Source: a virus (Duplodnaviria > Caudoviricetes). From it: a stretch of 36,053 nucleotides of DNA. The stretch covers positions 1 through 36,053 of the IMG/VR virus record IMGVR_UViG_3300037483_000177. One strand, written 5' to 3'. The notes beneath the pieces are model-generated. The model was not told where the DNA came from, did not search any database, and worked only from the letters and a program-made list of their open reading frames with translations. Made by a program: the position numbers and the translations under genes. Below, one piece after another: positions 1-8,150 of the stretch (the first letter of the stretch is position 1; the number at the start of each line of letters is the position of its first letter).

Positions 1-272
1 GCTGGTCCCAAAGCTGGCCCCCAAGCTGGCCCCGAAGCTGGCCCCGAAGCTGGCCCCCAAGCTGGCCCCCAAGCTGGCCCCGAAGCTGGCCCCAAAGCTG
101 GCCCCGAAGCTGGCCCCCAAGCTGTCCCCCAAGCTGTCCCCAAAGCTGGTCCCCAAGCTGGCCCCAAAGCTGGCCCCGAAGCTGGCCCCGAAGCTGGCCC
201 CCAAGCTGGCCCCCAAGCTGTCCCCAAAGCTGGTCCCCAAGCTGGCCCCCAAGCTGTCCCCAAAGCTGGTCC
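1..272. repeat. 12-bp coding tandem repeat (about 22 units in the window), minus-strand unit CAG CTT [T/G/C]GG G[G/A][C/A]
   Basis: Directly visible gctggcccc(c/g/a)aa units; truncated at the left edge. Confidence 0.95.
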
Positions 273-505
273 TTCATCTCCGGCCAAGCTTTAACGAGCA
301 GGTTGATGTAAAGTTCCGCAGCCATCGGTGACGGCAGCCGCACAAAATATGGGCGGACCAGGCCGATCCGGGTGTACAAATTTTCAATGGCGCGCTCGGC
401 CAATTCAAAATTGGCTGGCTCCGTTGAATATCCGACTTTGCGCCAATCTTTATGGGCTTGATCGATGATCCTCTGGCGTTCCGGCGTTAAATCTAATTTT
501 TTCAT
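2..505 (-). CDS. DUF6745-like protein with QL[WGR][GD] tetrapeptide repeats (3' end outside the window)
   Basis: Translated by hand (absent from the ORF track because it is open-ended): ATG at 505 after a GGAGA RBS, MKKLDLTPERQRIIDQAHKDWRKVGYSTEPANFELAERAIENLYTRIG...SPMAAE...DQLWGQLGGQLGDQLWGQ. The ST.PA...AE.AI...Y...SP pattern resembles DUF6745-type proteins. Confidence 0.7.
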   Translation of the reverse strand, partial: MKKLDLTPERQRIIDQAHKDWRKVGYSTEPANFELAERAIENLYTRIGLVRPYFVRLPSPMAAELYINLLVKAWPEMKDQLWGQLGGQLGDQLWGQLGGQLGGQLRGQLRGQLWGQLGDQLWGQLGGQLGGQLRGQLWGQLRGQLGGQLGGQLRGQLRGQLGGQLWDQ

Positions 506-536
506 CTCAGTCTCCATCTCTATTATGAACGGCGCG

Positions 537-797
537 TCATATCAACACGCCCTGCCCCTGCTTAATTCTCCCCGATTCGGCGATCTTAAACCCCCAGCGG
601 TATTCGGAGAGCAGTTCAGCACGCGCCGCGATTTTGTCGGGGACGGCCACAACGGGAAGCCCCAGCATGGCGGCATCGACACCGGCCATCATCGCCAAGG
701 TCATGGCCTCGGCACGGTTTCCGGCCCAAAACTCGGCTACGGCTTCGGCGACACGCTGGGCGTGCCATTCTGGGTTGGCATGTAGGTGGGGCATCAT
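537..797 (-). CDS. hypothetical protein
   Basis: 86 aa ORF; its start overlaps the stop of the upstream ORF (ATGA coupling). Confidence 0.65.
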   Translation of the reverse strand: MMPHLHANPEWHAQRVAEAVAEFWAGNRAEAMTLAMMAGVDAAMLGLPVVAVPDKIAARAELLSEYRWGFKIAESGRIKQGQGVLI

Positions 798-1099
798 ACC
801 CGATCCGCCAATTCGAGGGACGAACAGTCCCGTTCGTACTGTTCCTGATCGGACTGGGCTTGGCGGCGATCGTGTTCCAAATCAGACCCGCGCCACTCCA
901 AATCCAGCATGATTGGAACGGCGTCTCGGATCATAACCGTATATAGGTAGCCCGGTTCAATCGCCATTTCGGCGGCATCGTCAATGCTGGGGTATTGAAC
1001 GGGTTCGCCATCGGCAAAGATGTTGATGAACACCGTAGGTCCAGGCTTGCGCGTTCGCAGATATTCTGCGGCTGCGGTTTGGATGATGCTGTTTTCCAT
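794..1099 (-). CDS. hypothetical protein
   Basis: 101 aa ORF with AAGGAG RBS, downstream of a promoter-like motif. Confidence 0.7.
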   Translation of the reverse strand: MENSIIQTAAAEYLRTRKPGPTVFINIFADGEPVQYPSIDDAAEMAIEPGYLYTVMIRDAVPIMLDLEWRGSDLEHDRRQAQSDQEQYERDCSSLELADRV

Positions 1100-1136
1100 C
1101 TCAATCTCCTTGGTTTACTGCCAACACGTTACCATA

Positions 1137-1155
1137 ATGGTGTGCCGCGTCAACC
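1137..1155 (-). promoter_or_regulatory. GGTTGA-N7-CACCAT motif, copy 1 (contains TTGACG -35)
   Basis: Minus strand GGTTGACGCGGCACACCAT, intergenic; same layout at 3228, 10314 and 10459. Confidence 0.6.
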
Positions 1156-1159
1156 GTGC

Positions 1160-1459
1160 TTATATTCCTTGTGAATACCTAATGGCACCCCTCAGTTTTT
1201 CCACCCGCGATCTCAGCGTAGAATCGCGCTCCATCCTGATTTCAGTGGCTCCGATGCCGTGAGCGACACAGCTAAATGAATGGCGTCCCAGCGCCGCGGC
1301 AATCTTTAAAACCGGGGCCTTGGCTTCGTTACGGGCTAGATACATGGCGACGTGCCGCGCCCTGACGATATCGGCACGGCGCGACGGTCCTCGTAAATCT
1401 GCATCGGAAATTTCAAATTCCAAGGATACGGCGGCACGAACGGCGGCAAGGGTGGTCAT
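1160..1459 (-). CDS. DnaA C-terminal (domain IV)-like HTH DNA-binding protein
   Basis: DLRGPSRRADIVRARHVAMYLAR...IAAALGRH matches the Bac_DnaA_C pattern; start MTTLAAV is coupled to the upstream stop. Confidence 0.8.
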   Translation of the reverse strand: MTTLAAVRAAVSLEFEISDADLRGPSRRADIVRARHVAMYLARNEAKAPVLKIAAALGRHSFSCVAHGIGATEIRMERDSTLRSRVEKLRGAIRYSQGI

Positions 1460-1794
1460 TTCTCGCGCTCCGCGATCATGGCGTCTGCCAAATCGTAAGA
1501 CCACATCGCGACGATGGAGACATCTATTTTTTCGTTTGGAGGATATGACGCCAATATCCCCGCCAACGCCTGACCGGCGAACCAGTCGCGCAAACTCATA
1601 CCTGCGTGCCCGCCGTGTATGTGATCTCCCGTGGGGAACGCTTGGTCCCCATCGTTTTTAGGTCCAGTTTTTGGCTTCCGCTCCGAGGTGCAATCAACGC
1701 AAAACGGCTCTCCATCCACAAATTCTGTATTAACATCGTTAATTAAGGCCCCGCAATCGAAACAAAAATAGTCGCCGTCGTTTTTATCTGTCAT
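1456..1794 (-). CDS. phage protein, N-terminal CxxC/CxxC Zn finger plus GMSLRDWFA domain
   Basis: CFDC...CVDC and AFP...GMSLRDWFAGQAL...SYDLADAMIAER, a common phage early-gene family. Confidence 0.75.
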   Translation of the reverse strand: MTDKNDGDYFCFDCGALINDVNTEFVDGEPFCVDCTSERKPKTGPKNDGDQAFPTGDHIHGGHAGMSLRDWFAGQALAGILASYPPNEKIDVSIVAMWSYDLADAMIAEREK

Positions 1795-1946
1795 TTCCGT
1801 TCACTCCTATGCTGCTTCAAATACCCCCACGCCAAGCGGCGCTGGCTTACGGTGCTCGGCACCCGACAGAACACGATGTCGAGCGCGGTGGTGCGCCACA
1901 ATAAACGGGCGGCTTCCAGCCCACGGGCTGCTGTATCGGTATTCAT
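1791..1946 (-). CDS. small hypothetical protein (51 aa)
   Basis: Hand translation MNTDTAARGLEAARLLWR...HRSERK*, AGGAGG RBS, ATGA overlap with the next gene. Confidence 0.6.
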   Translation of the reverse strand: MNTDTAARGLEAARLLWRTTALDIVFCRVPSTVSQRRLAWGYLKQHRSERK

Positions 1947-1987
1947 CGTTATTTCCTCCTAGTATTTCGCCCTAGCCACCCCAGGGA

Positions 1988-2338
1988 TTACCCCGAGAAC
2001 AGGGCATACGCCAGCCATGATGCGGTAACAAAAAACGCACCCATCAGGGCGCAGCCGACTCCGACGCCCCAGCGCACCCAGGCCGACGGGTTGAGGTCAT
2101 CGTCGATTCGTTTGAACAGGTCTAGGTCGAGGTCGGCATCACGCCACGGCTCGTTCGGTTCACCCCAGTCAGGAGACGGTTTCAACGGCGGCGATCCATC
2201 ATGTGCGGCCACGATAGCCCTAGCGAAACCGGTATATCGGGTATCGCCATCAGCGGCGATCATGTGGGCGAGTTCTAGAGCGGCCACGGCGGGGGCGACA
2301 CGGCTGTATCCGGGGCGTTTCTCAGGTCCGGTCATCAT
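1988..2338 (-). CDS. hypothetical protein with C-terminal TM helix
   Basis: Hydrophobic C-terminus, GGAGG RBS, coupled start. Confidence 0.65.
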   Translation of the reverse strand: MMTGPEKRPGYSRVAPAVAALELAHMIAADGDTRYTGFARAIVAAHDGSPPLKPSPDWGEPNEPWRDADLDLDLFKRIDDDLNPSAWVRWGVGVGCALMGAFFVTASWLAYALFSG

Positions 2339-2961
2339 ACGGCCTCCGGTTCTGGAGTCGTGATTACACCGATGTCGATGCCGCGCATAATCGCCAGCAG
2401 TATGGCGGCAGGATCGTCCAACGGCCCATGATCGGGCACGTTGCGGACATCGAAATGATACTCCGGCCCATGTTTACACCCCGCCTTGCGGCCCTCTGCG
2501 GTCAGGGAGCCATAAACGCTGTACCAGTACATCGCCGGGATGCGGCCCTTCATGTTTGCACGGACTTCTACTCCTTTGTAGGACAGGATGACGGGTCCGG
2601 CACCGGATTCAAATTTACCGGTATACATGATCGTTTTCGGGGCGGCTGCTGGGGTGGTGGTCGGTGCAGGGGAGGATTCCCCCTTGGCCTTGCGGATGGC
2701 GGCGTCCACTTTTTCAAGCAACGCTTTTGGCTCTGTAGCCGCATTTGGGTCCAAGTCAACAAGGCCCATGCCTTCTTCAAGGTCAAACTCCAGAATGGGC
2801 CGCGCAGCTTCTAGCGCCTCCAACAGTTCCGCGTTGATGGCCTTGAGGCGGTCGATTACAGCGCCTAAATCGGAAATATCCTGCGGCACGTAAAATCCGC
2901 GTAACTGCTGGCGGGCTTCAATTCCGGCCATCATGTGTCCGCCCTGTTTATCGGTCATCAT
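2335..2961 (-). CDS. hypothetical phage protein
   Basis: 208 aa, GGGGAG RBS, ELLEALE segment typical of phage early proteins. Confidence 0.7.
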   Translation of the reverse strand: MMTDKQGGHMMAGIEARQQLRGFYVPQDISDLGAVIDRLKAINAELLEALEAARPILEFDLEEGMGLVDLDPNAATEPKALLEKVDAAIRKAKGESSPAPTTTPAAAPKTIMYTGKFESGAGPVILSYKGVEVRANMKGRIPAMYWYSVYGSLTAEGRKAGCKHGPEYHFDVRNVPDHGPLDDPAAILLAIMRGIDIGVITTPEPEAV

Positions 2962-2979
2962 TAATACTCCCCCTATCTC

Positions 2980-3189
2980 TCAGGCCACGCGGCAACGGCG
3001 CAGGGCACGGCGGTGAATATACCCCACGATCACGGCGCGGCGCAGCGCCCACGCCCGCGTCATCACGGACTGCCATGCCCGGACGTTACGATCAGTCCAT
3101 GGATTATCCTTCGCAGCCTCACGGTCGGCGGCGCGTTCGGCCCCAATCGCTTGGCGGCGGTATCTCAGCGCGGTTTCAGAGGGTGTCAT
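2980..3189 (-). CDS. hypothetical protein
   Basis: 69 aa, AAGGAG RBS. Confidence 0.6.
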   Translation of the reverse strand: MTPSETALRYRRQAIGAERAADREAAKDNPWTDRNVRAWQSVMTRAWALRRAVIVGYIHRRALRRCRVA

Positions 3190-3227
3190 CTTCGGTCTCC
3201 TTCAACATATCACCATAAATACCCCGC

Positions 3228-3246
3228 ATGGTGCGGCGTGTCAACC
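3228..3246 (-). promoter_or_regulatory. GGTTGA-N7-CACCAT motif, copy 2 (contains TTGACA -35)
   Basis: Minus strand GGTTGACACGCCGCACCAT upstream of the 3189 start. Confidence 0.6.
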
Positions 3247-3435
3247 AGTTATTTTGTCCAGAACCCAGACAATCACAATATCTATGACAAACATAATCAC
3301 GCCCATGACCACCGGAACGCCGAGAACAAAAATCCAGGCATCCTCATGGTTCGGCGATCCCATAAACGTCAGCGTGATGTAACCCAGGAACACCCAGGCA
3401 CCCAAGCCCATGCTAAACATCAATCGGCTAAACAT
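3241..3435 (-). CDS. small two-TM membrane protein
   Basis: Two hydrophobic segments; AGGAG RBS before MFSRLM. Confidence 0.6.
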   Translation of the reverse strand: MFSRLMFSMGLGAWVFLGYITLTFMGSPNHEDAWIFVLGVPVVMGVIMFVIDIVIVWVLDKITG

Positions 3436-4090
3436 CGGCGGTCTCCTTTTCAAACGTCACGGCGACGACCCACGGGTTCGCGGTCCAGCCGTGGCCGCGT
3501 TTGGCGCGTTCGTTCCACCAGTTTGCGAACGCAAATCGCGGGGCTCCAAGACAAATAGAACCCCAGCCAAATGCGGGTTCTTTGGAAGGCCAGTCCATGC
3601 GCCATCCCGATCTATGTTGGTCACATTCGTTGGTCCATTTCTTTTCCACCGCGCCCTCTGCCAGCGCGTCTTCATCCGTAATCTCCCTCACCCGCTGCAC
3701 CCTGACATCGGTCACAACAAGCGTTAGCCGGGAGGCCGTGCGGGGCATTTGGGTTGATGATTTCCATTTAACTTCGCTTTCAGGTGGGCATTTGTCAAAA
3801 CCATGACGTTTGCATTCAGCGTCGTATCCGTTGGCGCGGTACAGAAGCCAGCCGGGGTCTCCGCTGCCGACGAAAACGAATGTCTCCTTCACCCAGAGGC
3901 GGTCGCCGAGGGCGTAGGGATACTTTTTCCAGCCGTCTTCGGTGGAATATGAGCCGTAGCCGTTATTCAGGGGCAACCCGCCGTTCAGCGCGTTCGGCTG
4001 CGGCTTCAACACCCGGCGGAACTGCGTCTTCCGGCTTTCAATAACGGCCCGCACTTCGAGTCCGCTCAGAATCAGGGGGCGGTCAGTCAT
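3428..4090 (-). CDS. ASCH/PUA-like phage protein
   Basis: RKTQFRR, GDRLWVKET, MPRTASRLTL.VTDVRVQR...EDALAEG and W.ANPWV motifs. Confidence 0.8.
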   Translation of the reverse strand: MTDRPLILSGLEVRAVIESRKTQFRRVLKPQPNALNGGLPLNNGYGSYSTEDGWKKYPYALGDRLWVKETFVFVGSGDPGWLLYRANGYDAECKRHGFDKCPPESEVKWKSSTQMPRTASRLTLVVTDVRVQRVREITDEDALAEGAVEKKWTNECDQHRSGWRMDWPSKEPAFGWGSICLGAPRFAFANWWNERAKRGHGWTANPWVVAVTFEKETADV

Positions 4091-4268
4091 CGGTTTTCTC
4101 CCAGCCAGTCATATACAGTTCAGCAACCTTCTTAGGGTCAACGTCCTGCGCCTTCGTAATTCCGCGCTCCGCAAGAACGGCCTCCAAGGCTTCAAGTTCC
4201 GCTCTGCGCCGGAGCATTTTCCCGGCGTCTTGGACCCACGGTCCCTGGGTATCATCGGTGTCAGTCAT
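4083..4268 (-). CDS. hypothetical protein
   Basis: GGAG RBS before MTDTDD; overlaps the next gene. Confidence 0.55.
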   Translation of the reverse strand: MTDTDDTQGPWVQDAGKMLRRRAELEALEAVLAERGITKAQDVDPKKVAELYMTGWEKTDD

Positions 4269-4310
4269 TCGAGTTCTCCATCCAGTTGTCAAGGAATCCT
4301 TGACAGTTCA

Positions 4311-4718
4311 TCATCCCTGCAACTTCGCTTTGTAGGCTCCGTCTGGGAGATTGGGAGGGCGCGTTGACGTTGCCTTTTTTTGCTGCTTCGACGGCTCAAC
4401 GCGCGGCAGGTCATCGGTGGTCTCCCTCGATTTATCAGTTCTCGGAGCGTCAACAGGCAGCGGAACATCCGGCTCACCGTCCCAATAAACGAGCCAAGCA
4501 CAGTGGTCCCAAAGCGTTGTCACATCATCAAACCATGCGACATCATCGCAGACCTTGCCGTCGCGCGCCGCCGCCATGATGTGAAATATCCCCATCCTAA
4601 GACGTGTAATCTCGTCGGCGGCTTCGCGGTGCAGTTTCAGCAGAGCGTTAATGTCTTTGGCGGCCCCGGAAACGGTCAGGTTTCCGTCGCGCAGACGTCT
4701 TACCAGGTCAGTCATCAT
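4311..4718 (-). CDS. hypothetical phage protein
   Basis: MTDLVRRLR...EAADEITRLR motif, GAGGAG RBS. Confidence 0.7.
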   Translation of the reverse strand: MMTDLVRRLRDGNLTVSGAAKDINALLKLHREAADEITRLRMGIFHIMAAARDGKVCDDVAWFDDVTTLWDHCAWLVYWDGEPDVPLPVDAPRTDKSRETTDDLPRVEPSKQQKKATSTRPPNLPDGAYKAKLQG

Positions 4719-5163
4719 TCTCTCCTCGGTTATTACTCTTCGCCATGCGGTCGTAGAGAACCACATTCACCGACGCGGCAAGGTTCATGCAGCCCCGCAT
4801 CGGGACGTAGACAACATCCCGGCACTTATCAATAATCCTATGGCCCAGCGTGCAGTCCTCACCGCCGAAGATATAAAACGCCCGTTCCGGGTGCTTATAT
4901 TCGGGCAGCGGGATGGCGCCATCGATGATGTCCACGGCGACGGGGACGCAATCGAACGGAACCACGTCCAGCACGTTTTCGGATCGGATCACCGGGATGT
5001 GACGGTACGATTTCATGGTATCCGTAGCGACGCGCTCGAATCGGCGACCACCGATAACGAGCATTGAAGCATCGTAAATCCACGCCGCGCGCAGGGCACC
5101 GCCGACGTTGTGTTGGCATTTTGGGTTGTCTAGCCCGATACAGGCATATCCTCGTGACATCAT
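4708..5163 (-). CDS. SpoU/TrmH-family (SPOUT) RNA 2'-O-methyltransferase, single-domain
   Basis: LDNPK..HNVGGALRAA (motif 1), YIFGGED (motif 2), VYVPM..CMNLAASVNVVLYDR (motif 3). Confidence 0.88.
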   Translation of the reverse strand: MMSRGYACIGLDNPKCQHNVGGALRAAWIYDASMLVIGGRRFERVATDTMKSYRHIPVIRSENVLDVVPFDCVPVAVDIIDGAIPLPEYKHPERAFYIFGGEDCTLGHRIIDKCRDVVYVPMRGCMNLAASVNVVLYDRMAKSNNRGENDD

Positions 5164-5196
5164 TCTCTCCTCGGTTACGCGGTCGGTTACAACGGG

Positions 5197-5523
5197 TCAG
5201 CGGGGCTTATTCGTGGCCTTTTCCAGGGCCTCAATGTCTGACGCACCCCATGTTGTCACCATTCCGGGCTCAAATCTTACCCCATGCCGCTCCAGCGTGG
5301 CTCGGAGCAGGGCAATCTCATCCTTGTGATGACCGGAGGGGTCGCCCTCGACCTTCTTAACGGTACGCTCCGCCACCTCGGCAGCCATGGCTAAATCCAC
5401 ACAGGACCATTTCAGGGTTTTGCGGCCCATCTTAATCAGTTCGGCCTGTACCAGCGGTTCATCGTTGGGGAAGCTGTGGTATATAATTCCAGGCTCGTTT
5501 TGAGGGTACGGGGGTGTGGACAT
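5197..5523 (-). CDS. XRE-family HTH transcriptional regulator
   Basis: IKMGRKTLKWSCVDLAMAAEVAERTVKKVE...LRATLERHGVRF; AAGGAG RBS before ATG 5523. Confidence 0.8.
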   Translation of the reverse strand: MSTPPYPQNEPGIIYHSFPNDEPLVQAELIKMGRKTLKWSCVDLAMAAEVAERTVKKVEGDPSGHHKDEIALLRATLERHGVRFEPGMVTTWGASDIEALEKATNKPR

Positions 5524-5534
5524 CGTGGGCTCCT

Positions 5535-6386
5535 TTAAATCGGTTCTTCGTCGTTGTCGCCAGGGCTGTCGGCATCGGACCCTATCATGATCCAATTCGC
5601 GGGATCGTTTTCGTCAAGCGGCGCGGGGTCTGCATAATCCGGTTCGTCGCCCCCCCATTCTGCTGCAGCGGCGGCTTCATCATATTCGGGCGCATCGGGA
5701 GCAATCCCACAGCGTTCCGCCAAGGTGGTCCTGGTCTCGACCTCTACTATCGTCAGGTGGCCTCCATAGGGGGCTTCTATATCTTCGTCGTGGCTGTGCT
5801 GATACGGTTCATCGTCGTGCCACGCCCCACCGGCGTCGGCATCGCTGTACGCAGGTTCGTGGTCCTCGGCCTTGGCGTCCTCAGTATCAGGCACGGGCGC
5901 GGCGGCAACGGGCGGGGTCCAAGACACCAAGTCTGGGGCGAACACGACACCGGCTTCTTCCAGGGTTCCCCGCAGGGCTTTTAGTGTTTTTGGGAGGCCT
6001 TGGGACTGGCCATGTTCGATTTTAAATATCGTTATCGAAGCGACCCCGGAGCGTTGAGACAGCTTGTCGCGGGACCAATCCCGTGCGGTGCGGCCCAGCA
6101 TGATACGCTCCCCAGCGGCCCCCGGCGCACCGTCTTGAAGTGTCGGAACAAAACTTACAGGGCCACCACGGTCTTCGACAGCGTTGAGATCAAACCTCCG
6201 ATTCAGTATCCGCTGCGATTTCATGGTCTGCAACGCACGGATCAGATATGCCATCTCGGCCCCGTTTCGGAGCGGAATACAGGTTCCATCCCAGAGTGTG
6301 TTCTGGATGTATTGCAAGATCACGATGCCTTGAGTCCTCTCGTGGTGGGTCAGCGGGGTGTGCAGAATTTCTTTTAACGCTTTCAT
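5535..6386 (-). CDS. protein with central XRE HTH and acidic C-terminal tail
   Basis: RTARDWSRDKLSQRSGVASITIFKIE...LRGTLEEAGVVF; D/E-rich tail; GAGG RBS. Confidence 0.75.
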   Translation of the reverse strand: MKALKEILHTPLTHHERTQGIVILQYIQNTLWDGTCIPLRNGAEMAYLIRALQTMKSQRILNRRFDLNAVEDRGGPVSFVPTLQDGAPGAAGERIMLGRTARDWSRDKLSQRSGVASITIFKIEHGQSQGLPKTLKALRGTLEEAGVVFAPDLVSWTPPVAAAPVPDTEDAKAEDHEPAYSDADAGGAWHDDEPYQHSHDEDIEAPYGGHLTIVEVETRTTLAERCGIAPDAPEYDEAAAAAEWGGDEPDYADPAPLDENDPANWIMIGSDADSPGDNDEEPI

Positions 6387-6450
6387 GTTTTTACCTCATG
6401 ATAAAATCGGTTGTTCAATAGTTGCGCGAATTTTAACCTATCGTTCAGCG

Positions 6451-6479
6451 GTTATACTCCACGATTTATCTGAAATCAA
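6451..6479 (-). promoter_or_regulatory. sigma70-like leftward promoter
   Basis: TTGATT-N17-TATAAC on the minus strand, upstream of 6386. Confidence 0.5.
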
Positions 6480-6485
6480 CCCTTT

Positions 6486-6706
6486 TTGGTCAAAAAAAAT
6501 CTGAAAATCAAAACGCCCCCTGTTTTCATAAGCTACTTAGTTGAAGAGTCCTCTATATTGCTATCTGGTAATGGTTAAATATATAAAGACTCACGTCATA
6601 TAAATAGAGAGAGGACTCTTCAACTAATGTAGTTATAGAAACAGGGGTGGCTTTGAATTTTAGAATTGACCCGGTGGTGGCGTGGACCCGATTTTTTGTT
6701 GACCAA
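6486..6706. repeat. long imperfect inverted repeat in an AT-rich divergent intergenic region (candidate origin/control site)
   Basis: Perfect 18-bp arms TTAGTTGAAGAGTCCTCT (6537-6554) / AGAGGACTCTTCAACTAA (6610-6627), extending imperfectly to CCCCTGTTT/AAACAGGGG and TTGGTCAA/TTGACCAA. Confidence 0.85.
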
Positions 6707-6753
6707 CGCTCACGACATGATATTATCACAACCCTACTAAATCGGAGACCAAG

Positions 6754-7224
6754 ATGACCGGAACCCAAAAACGATTTACCCACATCATTCCAACCGACAC
6801 CGGATGGAAAACAAACGATGGCTCCATCATCGCTACCAAAACCGATGACGGTATCCTCATCACCGATAACCGCGACCGATACGAAAAATCCATGGCCCCA
6901 CTACAAGACAGATTCGATGATCTCGCCGAGTTCGCAAAACAACTGGGCCGAATCAATACCGACATCACCTCCGATGCTCCCGTCGTCATCACCCTCCCAT
7001 TTATCTCAGCCGCCTTCGTCGGCTCCCAATCCCCATACCCATTCAAAAAACTCAGACCCGGAGATTCCTTCCGCGTCCCATATCCGCGTTGCACCAAGCA
7101 CGCCCTCTACTGCGCCGTTCTCCGATATCAGAAAAATAACCCCGGAAAATTGCTCGCCATCGATGAGCGCCCAAAAATTGATGATGAAAAATATCATTAC
7201 TACGTCGTGACCCGTGTGGAATAA
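6754..7224 (+). CDS. hypothetical protein, possible DNA-binding C-terminal domain
   Basis: GGAG RBS; YPFKKLRPGDSFRVP motif seen in small phage proteins; TTGACC-N16-TATTAT upstream (6699-6726). Confidence 0.65.
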   Translation: MTGTQKRFTHIIPTDTGWKTNDGSIIATKTDDGILITDNRDRYEKSMAPLQDRFDDLAEFAKQLGRINTDITSDAPVVITLPFISAAFVGSQSPYPFKKLRPGDSFRVPYPRCTKHALYCAVLRYQKNNPGKLLAIDERPKIDDEKYHYYVVTRVE

Positions 7225-7256
7225 CCGCCCCCGAAACCATCCCAGAAAATCAGGAC

Positions 7257-7285
7257 TTGACCTTCCCAGTCGGAGTAACCATAAT
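7257..7285 (+). promoter_or_regulatory. sigma70-like promoter upstream of terS
   Basis: TTGACC-N17-CATAAT, ending 8 nt before the ATG (near-leaderless). Confidence 0.5.
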
Positions 7286-7293
7286 TTTTAGTT

Positions 7294-7890
7294 ATGGATG
7301 ACAGCAAACCAGAACAAAAACAAATACAGCGGCGTCAAACAGGGCGCCCCCCATCCTATTCACCCGTATTCGCAGAAGAAGCGCGCGCTATGTGCCAGCT
7401 TGGCGCTACTGACCGCGACCTCGCCGACGCCTTCCAAGTCGCTATCGCTACGATCTGGAGATGGTCTTGCGCCTACCCTGATTTTAGAAGTGCCTTAAAA
7501 TTAGGCAAGAAAGTCGCAGATGAAAATGTAGTACGTTCTCTGTACCAGAAGGCAATCGGCTACAGCTATGATGCTGTTAAGATTTTTATGCCTGCGGGCG
7601 CCGAAGAACCGATCTATGCGCCCTATACTGAACACGTCCCCCCGGACACTACGGCGGCAATTTTCTGGTTAAAAAATAGGCAACCCGACAAATGGCGCGA
7701 CCAGCGCAACGTCGAGGTAAACGGTGAACTGAACCTGAACGCGATCTTGGGCGCGATCTTGGAGGCGTCCCAGGAGGCGTTGCCAGCGCCCTCAGCGCCT
7801 GGGGACGGTGCCGTTGACGTCACCCCTACGGTTATCGACGTCGAGGACGAGGCCGCGCCGGAGAGCGACGAATCGGGCACCGCTGAGTAA
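7294..7890 (+). CDS. terS: terminase small subunit
   Basis: GRPPSY, GATDRDLADAF.V...TIWRW HTH, PPDTTAAIFWLKNRQPDKWRD signature. Confidence 0.88.
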   Translation: MDDSKPEQKQIQRRQTGRPPSYSPVFAEEARAMCQLGATDRDLADAFQVAIATIWRWSCAYPDFRSALKLGKKVADENVVRSLYQKAIGYSYDAVKIFMPAGAEEPIYAPYTEHVPPDTTAAIFWLKNRQPDKWRDQRNVEVNGELNLNAILGAILEASQEALPAPSAPGDGAVDVTPTVIDVEDEAAPESDESGTAE

Positions 7891-7911
7891 TCCCTGTATT
7901 CTCACGGGGTA

Positions 7912-7957
7912 TGCCTAAAAAATAGGCACCATATGCGATATGCCTAAATCTGAGGCA
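7912..7957. promoter_or_regulatory. pair of 17-bp palindromic sites TGCCT-N7-AGGCA
   Basis: TGCCTAAAAAATAGGCA (7912-7928) and TGCCTAAATCTGAGGCA (7941-7957). Confidence 0.55.
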
Positions 7958-8116
7958 AACTTAATTTTCCATTTCGGCTGAAATTCTAACCCCAGGCGGC
8001 GCTCGGGGCATGTCCCACGCAGGTGCGCATACGCGGGAACTAGGATTTTACTCTCAGTGAGTCGGCCCGGTACAGTCGCGGTCATGGTTGACGCCTGTCG
8101 TCGCGCACGGGGTATG

Positions 8117-8144
8117 TTGACAGCCCGCGCGGTTCGTTTATAAT
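8117..8144 (+). promoter_or_regulatory. consensus sigma70 promoter
   Basis: TTGACA-N16-TATAAT. Confidence 0.7.
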
Positions 8145-8150
8145 ACGATG

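Noticed and set aside
1-272. Possible CRISPR array or DGR variable region
   Set aside because: Units are contiguous 12-mers with no spacers and are in-frame coding; no cas gene, reverse transcriptase or template repeat is visible in the window.
1160-1459. Host dnaA gene / chromosomal origin
   Set aside because: Only the C-terminal HTH domain is present, with no AAA+ domain, and the context is entirely phage.
6537-6627. Protelomerase (telRL-type) site
   Set aside because: Arms are separated by a 55-bp non-palindromic spacer and no protelomerase gene is present in the window.
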